From positions 64,001 to 128,000 of the forward strand of contig CAXXHG010000032.1 in the NCBI GenBank assembly GCA_963666315.2: a DNA stretch of 64,000 nt. The letters are read 5' to 3'. The stretch comes from Candidatus Binatia bacterium. GTDB taxonomy: Bacteria; Desulfobacterota; Binatia; Bin18. The notes beneath the pieces are model-generated. The model ran no database searches and was not told the origin of the DNA. It saw nothing but the letters and a program-made list of their open reading frames with translations. The first letter of the stretch is position 1; the number at the start of each line of letters is the position of its first letter. Shown here in pieces: positions 20,071 to 30,441 of the stretch. The translations under genes and the position numbers were made by a program.

Positions 20071-21554
20071 ACTCGGGCTCCTTCATGCCCGTGACCCTTG
20101 GTCCGGCTACGGCCATTGGCCCGGCCGTATCTATTTGGACCATGAGCTGGTCGTCCCCGTTCACGATACGGCCGGAGCAGGGCGGCTTCGGGCTTGAGCG
20201 CTCGTTCGATTTCTTCTGCTGTGGGCCACCAATCCGGCCGCTCAATTTCGGTCACCCGCTCCCGGATGAACGTTTTCGGGGTCTTGATATGATAGAGTTT
20301 GCGTGCGTTTTCTCCCAGGAATTTTCTCTGGTAGGACTCCGCTAGATCACATGTGCGCATCGTCTCAAGCGCCCGCCAGACATCGTCGCCGTCATGGTGA
20401 TACACATCCGACGACCAGGCTAAGATGTCTTGGTAAAACTCGGGCAAGCGTGAGGGTGGAGCCTCATCGCCTTCAAACCCGGTGACACAATGCTCGAAAA
20501 AGGTCTCGCTGGGCAGGCGCTTGAGCGGCGGCAACGCGCGCTCATTGCGGTACAGCTTGTAGAATTTATCACATCGGTCGAGCAGGAAGCTCAGCCAGGT
20601 CGAAGAGGCTTCAAACACCGCAGCATTGAGTTTGGGGTGACGTTCAAAGAAGCCGGATAGCAACACCATCGTCACCCACAGCGAGGCTTCGGCTTGAAAG
20701 CTTTGCACATTGGGCAGAAAAGAGTGCGGCAAGCCTGAGCTGATAATGGTCCGAGCGATCAGCTCGGCTCCCGAATACTGCTCGGAATAGCCCGCAGGTT
20801 TGAGCGAACCAAAGGCCGGGAAGGGATGCATGCCGTGCACCATGCCGGTCTCTTCCATGGCCCGCCACACCCGTTCGTACTTGGGCTGGAGTGGGTAGTT
20901 GCCCATAGCGTCAACGGGCCGGACCAAGCCCACCCGACAGCCCTTGTCCGCTACCCGACGCACCTCTTGGGCCGCATAGAGTGGATCCTGCATGGGCAAC
21001 ATGGCGGCAAAGAAGAGCCGCTCGGGGTCTTCCTGGCAGTATTCATACGCCCATTCGTTATAGGCTTTGCACATGGCCTTGGCGCCGAGCGCGTTCTGCA
21101 GCCACGGATAGGTATCGATGTCGGTCGGGATGATCATCACCTGATCTATCCCCTGGACATCCATATCCTGCAGGCGCTCTTTGGGTTTGTAGGAACCTTT
21201 GTGGTCAAGATAATCGGCCTGTTCTGCTGTCACGGCGGTCTTGGGATTCAGGTTGCGGACGTATAAGGCGCGTTGGATCTCATGTTTGAGCCCAGGCCCG
21301 GCCAGGGAGATGGCATTGAGATTGCGGCGCGATCCGCCAATTCGCTGCGAGCCGATTCCTGCTCCTGCTATGCCATTCACGGTCAGCTGCTTGGTCTCGG
21401 CATCGAACCACATGGTGGTCTTGAGGGCTTCCAGCTCGTCCTTGCTCAGCCAGTCTTTGGCCCGCTCCCAGATCCAGGGTGGCTCCGTGACGTGGGCATC
21501 GCAGTCAAAGGTTGGGAAGTCCTTCGTCATCGGCGCAAACTTTTGAATCGGCAC
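20067..21554 (-). CDS. Amidohydrolase_2 family protein
   Basis: DCDAH, GMHP, VFEAS and WSSDVYHHD motifs; GTG start with GGAGG SD. Confidence 0.9.
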   Translation of the reverse strand: MPIQKFAPMTKDFPTFDCDAHVTEPPWIWERAKDWLSKDELEALKTTMWFDAETKQLTVNGIAGAGIGSQRIGGSRRNLNAISLAGPGLKHEIQRALYVRNLNPKTAVTAEQADYLDHKGSYKPKERLQDMDVQGIDQVMIIPTDIDTYPWLQNALGAKAMCKAYNEWAYEYCQEDPERLFFAAMLPMQDPLYAAQEVRRVADKGCRVGLVRPVDAMGNYPLQPKYERVWRAMEETGMVHGMHPFPAFGSLKPAGYSEQYSGAELIARTIISSGLPHSFLPNVQSFQAEASLWVTMVLLSGFFERHPKLNAAVFEASSTWLSFLLDRCDKFYKLYRNERALPPLKRLPSETFFEHCVTGFEGDEAPPSRLPEFYQDILAWSSDVYHHDGDDVWRALETMRTCDLAESYQRKFLGENARKLYHIKTPKTFIRERVTEIERPDWWPTAEEIERALKPEAALLRPYRERGRPAHGPNRYGRANGRSRTKGHGHEGARV

Positions 21555-21782
21555 GCACTACCTCCTTCGTGCACAGCTCCATCCTACAGAGTTTGGGCTG
21601 CTGGCTGGTACTGTATCACTCTCGCGTCACCTTGCGACCCCAGACCTTAACCTTTTGAAGGAGGAAATCCGTATGAAAATGTAAGTGGTAAAAGTTCGAG
21701 ACCTCAGGGCGCCAGCGAATATGCACGTGCACCCGAGCCCTTTCGCGGCAAGCTCATCGAGAAACGCGAGAACTCATAGGAT

Positions 21783-22140
21783 CTACTGCTGGAGCGCGTC
21801 GAACAGCGCCGTAGCCTCTTGCAAGTCTGGAGTGTCAAAGCCTTCGGTGAACCAATCGTAAATGGGAGCGAGGAGTTCTCGCGCTTCAGCCGTCTCCCCC
21901 TTTGAACTCTGAACCTTGAACTTTGAACTTTTGTAAGTTGAGTTCCCCCTTAATCCGCCACGTTTCCGCCTCGTAAAAGCACTCCCCGCTCCGATCGACC
22001 TGGGTGAGCGCCTCCTCGATCAATTGCAAAGCCTGGGCATAGTCCCCAGTGCGGCCTACGGCCTCGGCCAGCAGGGTCAGCCAGTGTGCGCGGTGGACCA
22101 GCGCGCCCATCTTCTGCAGGGCGGCCATGCCGCTGCGGCA
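21783..22140 (-). pseudogene. C-terminal TPR-like tail of an adenylate-cyclase/AAA-ATPase (STAND-type) protein, remnant
   Basis: [17 protein letters not shown]..., deletion, then [22 protein letters not shown]. Confidence 0.8.
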
Positions 22141-22623
22141 TCATTTCTCAAAGACGGCCACACCTTTGCGCAAGAGGTGGAAGAGCTCTCTAATTTCTTC
22201 CTGCGGCATCTGACTTAGAAAAGGTGCAATAAACTTCTTGCCCGCTTCTTCCATCGTATGCAGAAAGCGTTCGCCTTTTGGGGTGAGGATGACTTGCTTC
22301 TCGCGGCCTGAGTCGGGGTCTTCAACCAGACGGACGAGTTTCAGCGGTGCGCTTGCCATATCGCGCAGCGCCCGGGTAATGGTCGAGCCACTCGTCTCAA
22401 ACCAGGAGGCGATCAAGCGCTCAATATCTTTACGCCGCATATGCCCCTCAGTATCGCGCTCTGAACGCATAAGCCATAAGATCGCCACTTGTTTACGCGA
22501 TAACTGACCACAGCGCAGGGCATCTTCGAGGGCCATCCCGATCTTGTAGTGGATGGGTAAGAAAAGCTCGGTTGCCTCAGCATCAAAATCGTTCTGCGCG
22601 TTCACTGGAGTGGTTTGTGGCAT
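22141..22623 (-). CDS. MarR family transcriptional regulator
   Basis: wHTH with STITRAL, DPDSGREKQVILTPKG; divergent from the P450. Confidence 0.85.
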   Translation of the reverse strand: MPQTTPVNAQNDFDAEATELFLPIHYKIGMALEDALRCGQLSRKQVAILWLMRSERDTEGHMRRKDIERLIASWFETSGSTITRALRDMASAPLKLVRLVEDPDSGREKQVILTPKGERFLHTMEEAGKKFIAPFLSQMPQEEIRELFHLLRKGVAVFEK

Positions 22624-22795
22624 GACAGATATTCCTGACTTTTCTTCACTCTCTCTTACTTGTGCCTCAGTCGCATATCTAAAGGGATTCCCGTTCCGGC
22701 GCAATGTATTGACATATTCGAATTGTTGCATTATGAAAATATCTCTCTAGGCAACATATAGGCAAAGCAAATACAGCAGACATCAAGGCGGCATC

Positions 22796-23974
22796 ATGGA
22801 ATTCAATCCACTTTTACCGGAAGTAAAGGAAAACCCCTATCCCTATTACGCCCACCTGCGTGAAGACGCCCCGGCCTACCACATTGAAGGGCTCGGCTTC
22901 TGGGCTCTGAGTCGTTACGATGACGTCGATTTTGTACTCAAAAATCCGAGTCTTTTCTCTTCATCCGCTTTGCTCGCCACGCTGATCGGCGATCTGGATC
23001 CTGTTCCGGAGGCACCCTCGCTGGTTTCATGCGATCCACCGGATCACAATCGTTTGCGAAAATTAGTTAATAAAGCCTTTACGCCAAGTATTATCAGGAG
23101 TCTCGGACCTCGTATTCGCGAGGTGACCCAAGATCTGGTGAGTCAGATCGCAGGACAATCAGAGTTCGACCTGGTGCACGACCTCTCCAGTCCTCTCCCG
23201 GTCATTGTCATTGCAGAAATGCTTGGGGTCGAACCCGAAGACCGGGCCGCCTTTAAGCGTTGGTCGGACGACATTGTTCTCGCCACCAACCGCCAGTATA
23301 CCGCAGAAGATGAACAACGGATTCGGGCCAGCATTGCCGAGTTCCGCGCCTATTTTCAAGAGACGATCGCCGCACGCCGCAAGGACCCGCGAGAAGACCT
23401 GACAACGGCGCTCGTTCAGGCGGAAGAGGAAGCGCAAAAACTCAACGAGTGGGAGGTGCTCAGTCTTCTGACCTTACTCCTGATTGCAGGCAACGAGACG
23501 ACGACCAACCTGATCGGCAATATGATGCTGGCCTTATGCGCGCATCCGGACCAGATGAAACAGTTGCGGGCTGACCTGTCCCTTATTCCAAATGCGATAG
23601 AAGAAACCTTACGGTACGATGGGCCGGTTCAAGGAATTCCACGACAACTCACCCAAGACGTAGAGATTGCTGAGACGACTTTGCCGACCGGGACGCTCGT
23701 CTTCCCTCTTATCGGTTCCGGAAATCGGGATGAAAGAAAGTTTGTTGACCCCGAGCGGTTTGACATCAGTCGTAAGACAGACGGTCATTTGGCCTTTGGC
23801 TATGGTATTCACTATTGCCTGGGTGCGCAGTTAGCGCGACTCGAAACCCAGATAGCCTTTGAGGAGCTGTTTGCTCAGTTTTCTTCGTTTTCGCGCATGG
23901 ATGAGACTGTGGTCAGGGTAGACTCTCTCATAGTCCGAGGGCCGAAGACCTTGCCGCTTGTCGTTCATGGGTGA
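22796..23974 (+). CDS. Cytochrome P450
   Basis: AGNETT, EETLR and FGYGIHYCLG heme motif. Confidence 0.97.
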   Translation: MEFNPLLPEVKENPYPYYAHLREDAPAYHIEGLGFWALSRYDDVDFVLKNPSLFSSSALLATLIGDLDPVPEAPSLVSCDPPDHNRLRKLVNKAFTPSIIRSLGPRIREVTQDLVSQIAGQSEFDLVHDLSSPLPVIVIAEMLGVEPEDRAAFKRWSDDIVLATNRQYTAEDEQRIRASIAEFRAYFQETIAARRKDPREDLTTALVQAEEEAQKLNEWEVLSLLTLLLIAGNETTTNLIGNMMLALCAHPDQMKQLRADLSLIPNAIEETLRYDGPVQGIPRQLTQDVEIAETTLPTGTLVFPLIGSGNRDERKFVDPERFDISRKTDGHLAFGYGIHYCLGAQLARLETQIAFEELFAQFSSFSRMDETVVRVDSLIVRGPKTLPLVVHG

Positions 23975-24132
23975 CAATGGGGAACAATGGGCAACAATAT
24001 CGGATTGTTCTGAGAGGTCGGGACGCAGCGAGTAACCCTGTCCAAGGAACTGACCAGGCCCTGCGTAGTGCGTAGTGATTGATGCCGACGGCCAAGAAGG
24101 ATAACCTGAACAGAAGCATATCAAGAGGGGGA

Positions 24133-24170
24133 GGAGAAAGCCGACTCCGATGGTCGCTTTCTCCCACTTT
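24133..24170 (+). terminator. Hairpin/putative intrinsic terminator
   Basis: GGAGAAAG(C)CGAC-loop-GTCGCTTTCTCC followed by CACTTT. Confidence 0.5.
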
Positions 24171-24280
24171 GAGGTAAAGACGAGACCGTGATCAGGGTCT
24201 ATCCCTTTTTCTGTATGAGCGGAAAATCCTCCCGCTCGTTGTGCATTGAGCAGAACAGGTGTGTCGAAAGGACATTTATT

Positions 24281-25666
24281 GTGCGTATCCCTTTGCGTTT
24301 CTTGGTCGGTATTTCATTAGTGGCTCTTGTGCTGAGTAGTCTTTCCGCCTGGGCCGGCCCCCGGATCAAAGTTTTAGACAATCCCATCCGCATGCGTTTT
24401 TCCAGTTTCTCCACCTCGCTGGCCGTGCTCGGCGATGTGACCGGCGATGGTATCCCGGATTATCTCGTTGGGGCATATGACCAACCGTATGCCAGGGAGG
24501 GCATGACCGGGATGGAGATTGGGGTCGGCGGCTCTAAAAAGGCCGGTAAAAATGTCGACCATCAAGGCCGGGCGTTTGTCTTTGACGGCCAGACGGCCAA
24601 GCTGTTATACCTCATCGATCATCCGTTTCCTCAAAAATCCGCTGCATTTGCTTGCTCTGTAGCCTCGGCTGGGGATGTGAATCAAGACGGTAGGCCGGAT
24701 TTATTGATTGGTGCCTTTGGTCAGAATACGAGTGGCCTAGCCTACGTATTTAGCGGCATAGACGGGGCGTATTTGTTCACCCTTAAACCACCTCAGTCCC
24801 AGTCCGGCGCGGGCTTCGGTTGGTCGGTGGCCGGCATTGGGGATGTGACCGGCGATGGTATCCCCGAATTGGTGGTGGGTGCCTATAATCAAGATGGAGA
24901 GGGCCGGGCGTTTGTGTACAGTGGGACTGACGGCAGACTCGTCTATACCCTTGCTCCTCAGACCGAGGGGGCTGGTTCAGCCTTTGGGTGGTTTGTGCAC
25001 GCCGCCGGAGATCTCAACCAGGACGGTATTCCTGACATTGCGGTCGGTGCACCCTATACCACCGTTGGTCACCTTACCATTCAGGGCCGTGCCTACGTGT
25101 ATAGTGGCGCAGACGGCCAGCTCCTGCTCACCTTAGATAACCCGGAACCCAAAGCAGGTTCAACCTTCGGCTGGCGTGTGGTCGCAGCTGGAGACCTGAA
25201 TAAAGACGGCGTCTCAGACCTCTTGGTTGGCGCACCGTATCATGATGTCGGACCACGTGTGGGCCAAGGCGTGGCCTATGCCATGAGTGGTCAAGATGGT
25301 TCAGTGATCTATACCCTGCACGACCCGGTACCGCGCAAGTATTCGGGCTTTGGCTGGGCGCTGGCAACGAGTATGGATGTCAATGCAGACAATGTCCCCG
25401 AGGTCTTGGTTGGAGCCCCTTTTCAAAGCGTGGATGAGTTTCACATTCAGGGCGAGGTGTTTCTGTATAATGGTCGCGACGGGCGTCATCTGATGACGTT
25501 TGACAACCCGCGGGGACATCAAGGCTCAAAATTTGGTTATGCGATTGCGTCGCCGGGAGATATTAATGATGACGGCATTCCCGAGTTTGCGATGAGTACG
25601 CCCGGCCAGCATATCATGGGCGAGATCAGTGTCGGGCGGGTGTATCTATTGGAATCCCGGAGGTAA
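24281..25666 (+). CDS. Secreted FG-GAP (integrin-alpha-like) 7-bladed beta-propeller protein
   Basis: Signal peptide; seven FG...GDxNxDGxPD.VGA repeats. Confidence 0.92.
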   Translation: MRIPLRFLVGISLVALVLSSLSAWAGPRIKVLDNPIRMRFSSFSTSLAVLGDVTGDGIPDYLVGAYDQPYAREGMTGMEIGVGGSKKAGKNVDHQGRAFVFDGQTAKLLYLIDHPFPQKSAAFACSVASAGDVNQDGRPDLLIGAFGQNTSGLAYVFSGIDGAYLFTLKPPQSQSGAGFGWSVAGIGDVTGDGIPELVVGAYNQDGEGRAFVYSGTDGRLVYTLAPQTEGAGSAFGWFVHAAGDLNQDGIPDIAVGAPYTTVGHLTIQGRAYVYSGADGQLLLTLDNPEPKAGSTFGWRVVAAGDLNKDGVSDLLVGAPYHDVGPRVGQGVAYAMSGQDGSVIYTLHDPVPRKYSGFGWALATSMDVNADNVPEVLVGAPFQSVDEFHIQGEVFLYNGRDGRHLMTFDNPRGHQGSKFGYAIASPGDINDDGIPEFAMSTPGQHIMGEISVGRVYLLESRR

Positions 25667-25740
25667 ACTCAGCGTTCCGCCGCGATTGATACCAGAGGCG
25701 AGGCAGGATAGCCTTGGCAAGAGACATAAGGAGGGGAAAA

Positions 25741-26253
25741 ATGTGTATGAAACGTCTTATGAATCTCGCCATTGGAGTTATTGGCCTGTATTGGCTTTTC
25801 CCCATAGCGGCTGAGGCCTGCTCCTGTATGACGCCCCCATCGTCGAGTCAGGGTGCCGCAGCCGCAGACGTTGTTTTTGTGGGGACGGCGACGAACGTTG
25901 AGAAGATAGAGGCCGATGGCTGGTTGTACGGCTCATGGAAATCGATGTGGGGTTCCGAGCTTATGTACGAGTTCGAGACGCTGCGAGTGACAATGGATGT
26001 GGGCACGGCTATAAAGGGCACGGACAAGTCGCAATTGATTCTTGAAACGGCGGCGACCACAGAACTATGTGGCATCTTATTCCAAGAAGGACAGGAATAT
26101 CTTGTCTATGCCTTTAATGGCCCTGCCGAGACGGTGACGACTGATATGTGCACCAGAACCTCCACGTCAGAAAAGGCCGCCGTTGACATTAAAGCTCTCG
26201 TGAATAAAGAAATCACAAAGATCTGCGAGGGCTGGACGTGTATTAATGATTAG
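25741..26253 (+). CDS. Secreted TIMP/NTR-like domain protein
   Basis: Signal peptide ending AEA-CSC; ADVVFVG, CG..F..GQEYLVY and CTRT motifs. Confidence 0.8.
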   Translation: MCMKRLMNLAIGVIGLYWLFPIAAEACSCMTPPSSSQGAAAADVVFVGTATNVEKIEADGWLYGSWKSMWGSELMYEFETLRVTMDVGTAIKGTDKSQLILETAATTELCGILFQEGQEYLVYAFNGPAETVTTDMCTRTSTSEKAAVDIKALVNKEITKICEGWTCIND

Positions 26254-26314
26254 GAACGTCTCACAGAACGTTCCAAGGCACGTTGGAAACACCCCAGCCC
26301 CTCTCCCCTGGATT

Positions 26315-27333
26315 CTCTAGATTCACAAACCAAGTGCAACACGAGCTGGATAAGGTGTTGTCATGGACAAGAGATACAGACAACTTTCAGTTGAGGAGCG
26401 GTGGAAGATTGCCGGTCTTCAAGGCGCGGGGAGCTCGCTCCGGCAAGTTGCAGCAGCTGTGGATCGCGCGCCATCGACCATTGCTCGCGAGATAAAGCGG
26501 AACCAGGGCACCCAGGGGGCCTACACCCCGGCCTATGCCGATCAGCAGGCTTGCGCCCGGAGGTGGAACGGCTCGAAGCTGGAACGCAAGAAGGAGCTGC
26601 GCGTCAAGGCCCTGGGCGCCGGAGCAGGTGGCCGGCCGGCTGGCGGTTGAGCCCGGCAGCCAGGTGATCAGCCACGAGAGCATCTACCGGTTTCTCTATG
26701 CACAACTGGCGCGCACCAAGGATGACCGCTGGCGGCTCTATCTGCCCCGCGCCAAATCCAAACGCGGCGGGCGCGGCAAGAAGCGCGGCTCTCCGGTCCG
26801 CTTCTTCGAAAGCCCGCCGGCCCCTCTCGGACCGCCCGGCCTGCGCCACCGACCGCCAGGTCCCCGGCCACTGGGAAGCCGCTCTGATGGTATTCGCCCA
26901 CTACGGACCGGCCATCCTGACCATGCATGAACGCCACTCCCCGGTCCTCCTCGCGGCCCGACCGCCCAGCAAGGCGGCTCAGCCCATGGCCCGGCTGATG
27001 GTCCAGCTCCTCAAACCCTTGCCCCAAGCTTGCGCCAAACCCTGACCTTCGATAATGGCACCGAGTTCGTCCAGCACTACCAATTGCATCCCCTGGCCAT
27101 TCAGACCTTCTTTTGCGACCCCCATAAGCCGTGGCAGAAGGGCGGCATTGAAAATGCCCTCGGTCGCATGCGGCGAACCATCCCGCGCAACACCGCCCTC
27201 GCCAGCCTGCGCACAAACCGCTTTAATGCCCTCATCCGTGCCTACAACAACACACCCCGAAAATGTCTTGCCTGCCACACTCCTGCAGAGGTTCTTTTAC
27301 AGCAACTGTTGCACTTCAAATGTGAATCCACGG
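26315..27333 (+). mobile_element. IS30-family element, defective (copy 2)
   Basis: Same sequence as copy 1 at offset +19514 with the same ORF breaks; identity spans 26278-27400. Confidence 0.93.
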
Positions 27334-27497
27334 TCCCGTTTCCACGGGCATGACAGTCTTTCTTGTGTCATACTTGCGCAGGCAGGTACCCAGGCCTAGG
27401 GGCCAAGAGGGAGTTTTGTTGGGGGCACTAAGCCTAAATGCCTAGGGCAGCTTCATAGCGCGCAAGGATCTCCCCTAAGCTTTGAAAGAGAAACAAT

Positions 27498-28643
27498 ATG
27501 GATGTTGGTATTTTCTATGAAATTCAGGTGAATAGTCCGATTAAGCACCGCGAGCGGGAGGCCCAGGTTTTTTACGATGTGCTAGAACAGGTTATTGCTG
27601 CTGAGGAAGCGGAGTTTCATTCGTTCTGGACGGTTGAACATCACTTCCAGCCTGGTTTCTCGCATTCGTCTGCACCGGAGGTATTCTACGGCGCCGTCAG
27701 CCAGCGCACATCGAAGATTCGTATCGGGTACGGCGTCGTTTTGCTGCCGTTTCCGTACAACCATCCGCGCCGCATTGCCGAGCGGATAGCCAGGCTTGAT
27801 ATTTTGAGTCACGGCCTGGTTGAGATGGGTACCGGACGCTCTATCACACCTCAAGAGTTGGGCTGATTCGGCATTCCGTATAATGAGACCCGCGCGCGTT
27901 GGGAAGAATCGCTCGATATCATTACTACGATTTGGAAGAGTAAAGACGGTACGTTTTCTTATAAAGGCAAATATTTCGATATTCCTGAGCGGACCGTCGT
28001 ACCCATGCCGATTCAGAAACCGCATCCACCCATCTGGGTTGCCTGCACTAGTAAAGAAACGCATGTGGTAGCAGGCAAGAAGGGGCTCGGGTTACTCTCA
28101 TTTACGTTGCTGGTCGCTCCTGAGGAACTCGGACGACGCGTCCAGATGTACCGCGAGGCGCTGAAAGAGGCCGAGCCGCCGGGCGCGTTTATTAACAACA
28201 AAGCGGGCGCCTTCTCTCTGGTGCACTGTGCCGATACGGATAAGCAAGCCTACGAAGAAGCCGACCGGGCGTTTATGTCGTATGTGGCGACAACACTACA
28301 GTCCACAGCTCCGGTGCTGGAAGCCAGAAAATCTGGTCGCTCACTCGAAGAAGTGATCGCCGATCCGAACCGCGAGATCAAAGAGTATGAAGGCGTTGAT
28401 CCGCGTAAGGTCAATTTACAGTTTTTGATCGATAACGGCATGTGTGTCGTCGGTAATCCCGATACGTACATCAAGCAGATAGAGCGGATTTAGCAAGCGG
28501 CCGATTTGGACACCTTTTTATGCATGATGCAATTCTGGTCCATCCCGCACGAGAAAACCATGCATGCCATAGACCTGTTCGGACAGCACGTATTGCCACA
28601 TTTTAAGAGGACAAGCAGCTCGGCAGCTGGCAGCACGTCGTAA
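27498..28643 (+). pseudogene. LLM-class flavin-dependent oxidoreductase with two in-frame stops
   Basis: VEHHF..SHSSAPEV; TGA at 27864 and TAG at 28491 in an otherwise continuous frame. Confidence 0.9.
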
Positions 28644-28669
28644 TAATAGTATTACCAGGGAGGGATCGA

Positions 28670-29431
28670 ATGGCAGGACTGACGGATGGAAAAGTGGCCC
28701 TTGTAACAGGTGGCGGGTCAGGTATCGGACGGGCAACCGCACTCGCCTATGCGCGCGAAGGCGCCAAGGTTGTTGTCGCAGATATCGTGGTTGAAGGGGG
28801 CGAGGAAACTGTTCAACAGATTATAGCAGGTGGAGGAGCAGCGACCTTCGTCAAGGCGGACATTGCGCAGGCCGGTGATGTCGAGGCGATGGTCAATCAG
28901 GCTGTGGAGACGTATGGACGGATAGACTGCGCATTTAATAATGCCGGCATTGAAGGCGAAATATCGCCACTCATTGGATGCACCGAAGCCAACTGGGATC
29001 GGGTCGTGAGTATTGATCTCAAGGGAGTCTGGCTGTGTCTCAAGTATGAAATCCCGCAGATGCTCAAACAGGGGGGTGGTGCCATTGTCAACGCTGCTTC
29101 AGTCGCCGGACTGGTTGGGTTTCAAGGAATCGCTCCCTATGTGGCGGCAAAGCACGGGGTCGTAGGGCTCACCAAGACGGCTGCGCTCGAATACGCCAAG
29201 TCAGGAATTCGGGTCAATGCCGTGTGTCCTGGTGTTATCGACACCCCGATGGTTCAGCGTGCCTTTGGTCAGAGTCCGCGGATGGCAGAATTGGCTGCTG
29301 CGGCCGAGCCCGTCGGCCGTCTGGGCAAGCCGGAAGAGATTGCAGAGGCGGTCGTGTGGTTGTGTTCTGATGCCGCTTCATTTGTGACTGGTCACCCGAT
29401 GGCCGTCGATGGTGGATTGGTTGCGCAGTAG
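28670..29431 (+). CDS. SDR family NAD-dependent oxidoreductase
   Basis: TGGGSGIG, NNAG and YVAAK motifs. Confidence 0.95.
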   Translation: MAGLTDGKVALVTGGGSGIGRATALAYAREGAKVVVADIVVEGGEETVQQIIAGGGAATFVKADIAQAGDVEAMVNQAVETYGRIDCAFNNAGIEGEISPLIGCTEANWDRVVSIDLKGVWLCLKYEIPQMLKQGGGAIVNAASVAGLVGFQGIAPYVAAKHGVVGLTKTAALEYAKSGIRVNAVCPGVIDTPMVQRAFGQSPRMAELAAAAEPVGRLGKPEEIAEAVVWLCSDAASFVTGHPMAVDGGLVAQ

Positions 29432-29460
29432 TCCCAGCTTTTTTCTCTGTTCTGAATTGA

Positions 29461-29928
29461 CTACTGCCCCTGTGCATCCATGGCGCGCATCTCGGCGCGT
29501 AACTCGCGCCTGCGCTCGATAGCCGCCGCCGCCAATTGTTCCGCAGAGAGTTCGGCCCGGATTTCTAATCCCATTGCTAAGAACTCATCAAAGAGCGCCG
29601 CATGAATTTGGCTGAGATCATCCTGCTGCAGTGCGAAATCTTCAGCGGCTATATTCCCTTCTGCAAGGAGTTTGTCCATGATTCCTTTTCGGGCGTCACG
29701 CAGATCGTTCTTTAATCCCTCAAGCGCGTTTGCATGGACAGCCTTGATAGCGTCGATGTTCGCTTGCTGCGGGTCTGTCAGATCCAGGGTTCGCAGAACG
29801 CGGAACGGAAAGAGACCATGACCTCCCCCTCGGCCAAAGTGTCCCGGCCGTGCAGCCGCAAGCGATGTCGCCATCACACCCAGGGCCAATACTCCTATAC
29901 AAACGATATTCCATTTTCCTTTTGTCAT
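29461..29928 (-). CDS. Periplasmic Spy/CpxP family protein
   Basis: Signal peptide, LDLTDPQQ and ELSAEQ motifs. Confidence 0.75.
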   Translation of the reverse strand: MTKGKWNIVCIGVLALGVMATSLAAARPGHFGRGGGHGLFPFRVLRTLDLTDPQQANIDAIKAVHANALEGLKNDLRDARKGIMDKLLAEGNIAAEDFALQQDDLSQIHAALFDEFLAMGLEIRAELSAEQLAAAAIERRRELRAEMRAMDAQGQ

Positions 29929-29960
29929 GCTGCTGTCTCCTCTCTATCCGTGTTACTTCT

Positions 29961-29990
29961 TTAGACTCGTCAGGTTGCTATTCGGGTTAC
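29961..29990 (-). promoter_or_regulatory. Putative ECF promoter
   Basis: GTAACCC-N14-CGAGTCTAA upstream of the Spy gene. Confidence 0.7.
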
Positions 29991-30441
29991 AGCCAAAAGT
30001 AGTGTATTCGGGATCTTAAAGCACACTACCGCACATGAAAAACGTCGTCCGCGATCTCTCATCCCCGATTGTGGTGTTGCGCCGGATAATGTCTGCCAGT
30101 CGGGTCCGTTCAACCTCTCGGCGCTCTCGTTGAGAAAGGGTGCGTACATACCAGAACCGATCTCCGTCGCAGAGGCAGATGCAGAGAGCCCGCCACTCGC
30201 AGGCAGGTGGCCACAGAAAGTCAGAGACTACTCTTGAGGATGGAAATCGTCTGAGTTCTTTGAACAAACGTGCCGAATGCTATCCAAGCTAATCAGAAGA
30301 TAAACGGAACAACACGTCGTCCATGTCGCCTGGTCGTAAGCGAAGAAGAGGGAAACCTACGCGGGGCGCTGAGTGCTGACTGTTTGCAGCAGCCTACAAG
30401 ACATGTAGGGAAAATCCCTACACCTGGCCAGACACATCGGG

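Noticed and set aside
24006-24170. 6S RNA or a known riboswitch
   Set aside because: It lacks recognisable conserved motifs; kept only as an unassigned structured candidate.
30016-30440. ORF or ncRNA between the two Spy genes
   Set aside because: No recognisable motif or convincing structure; probably decayed sequence.
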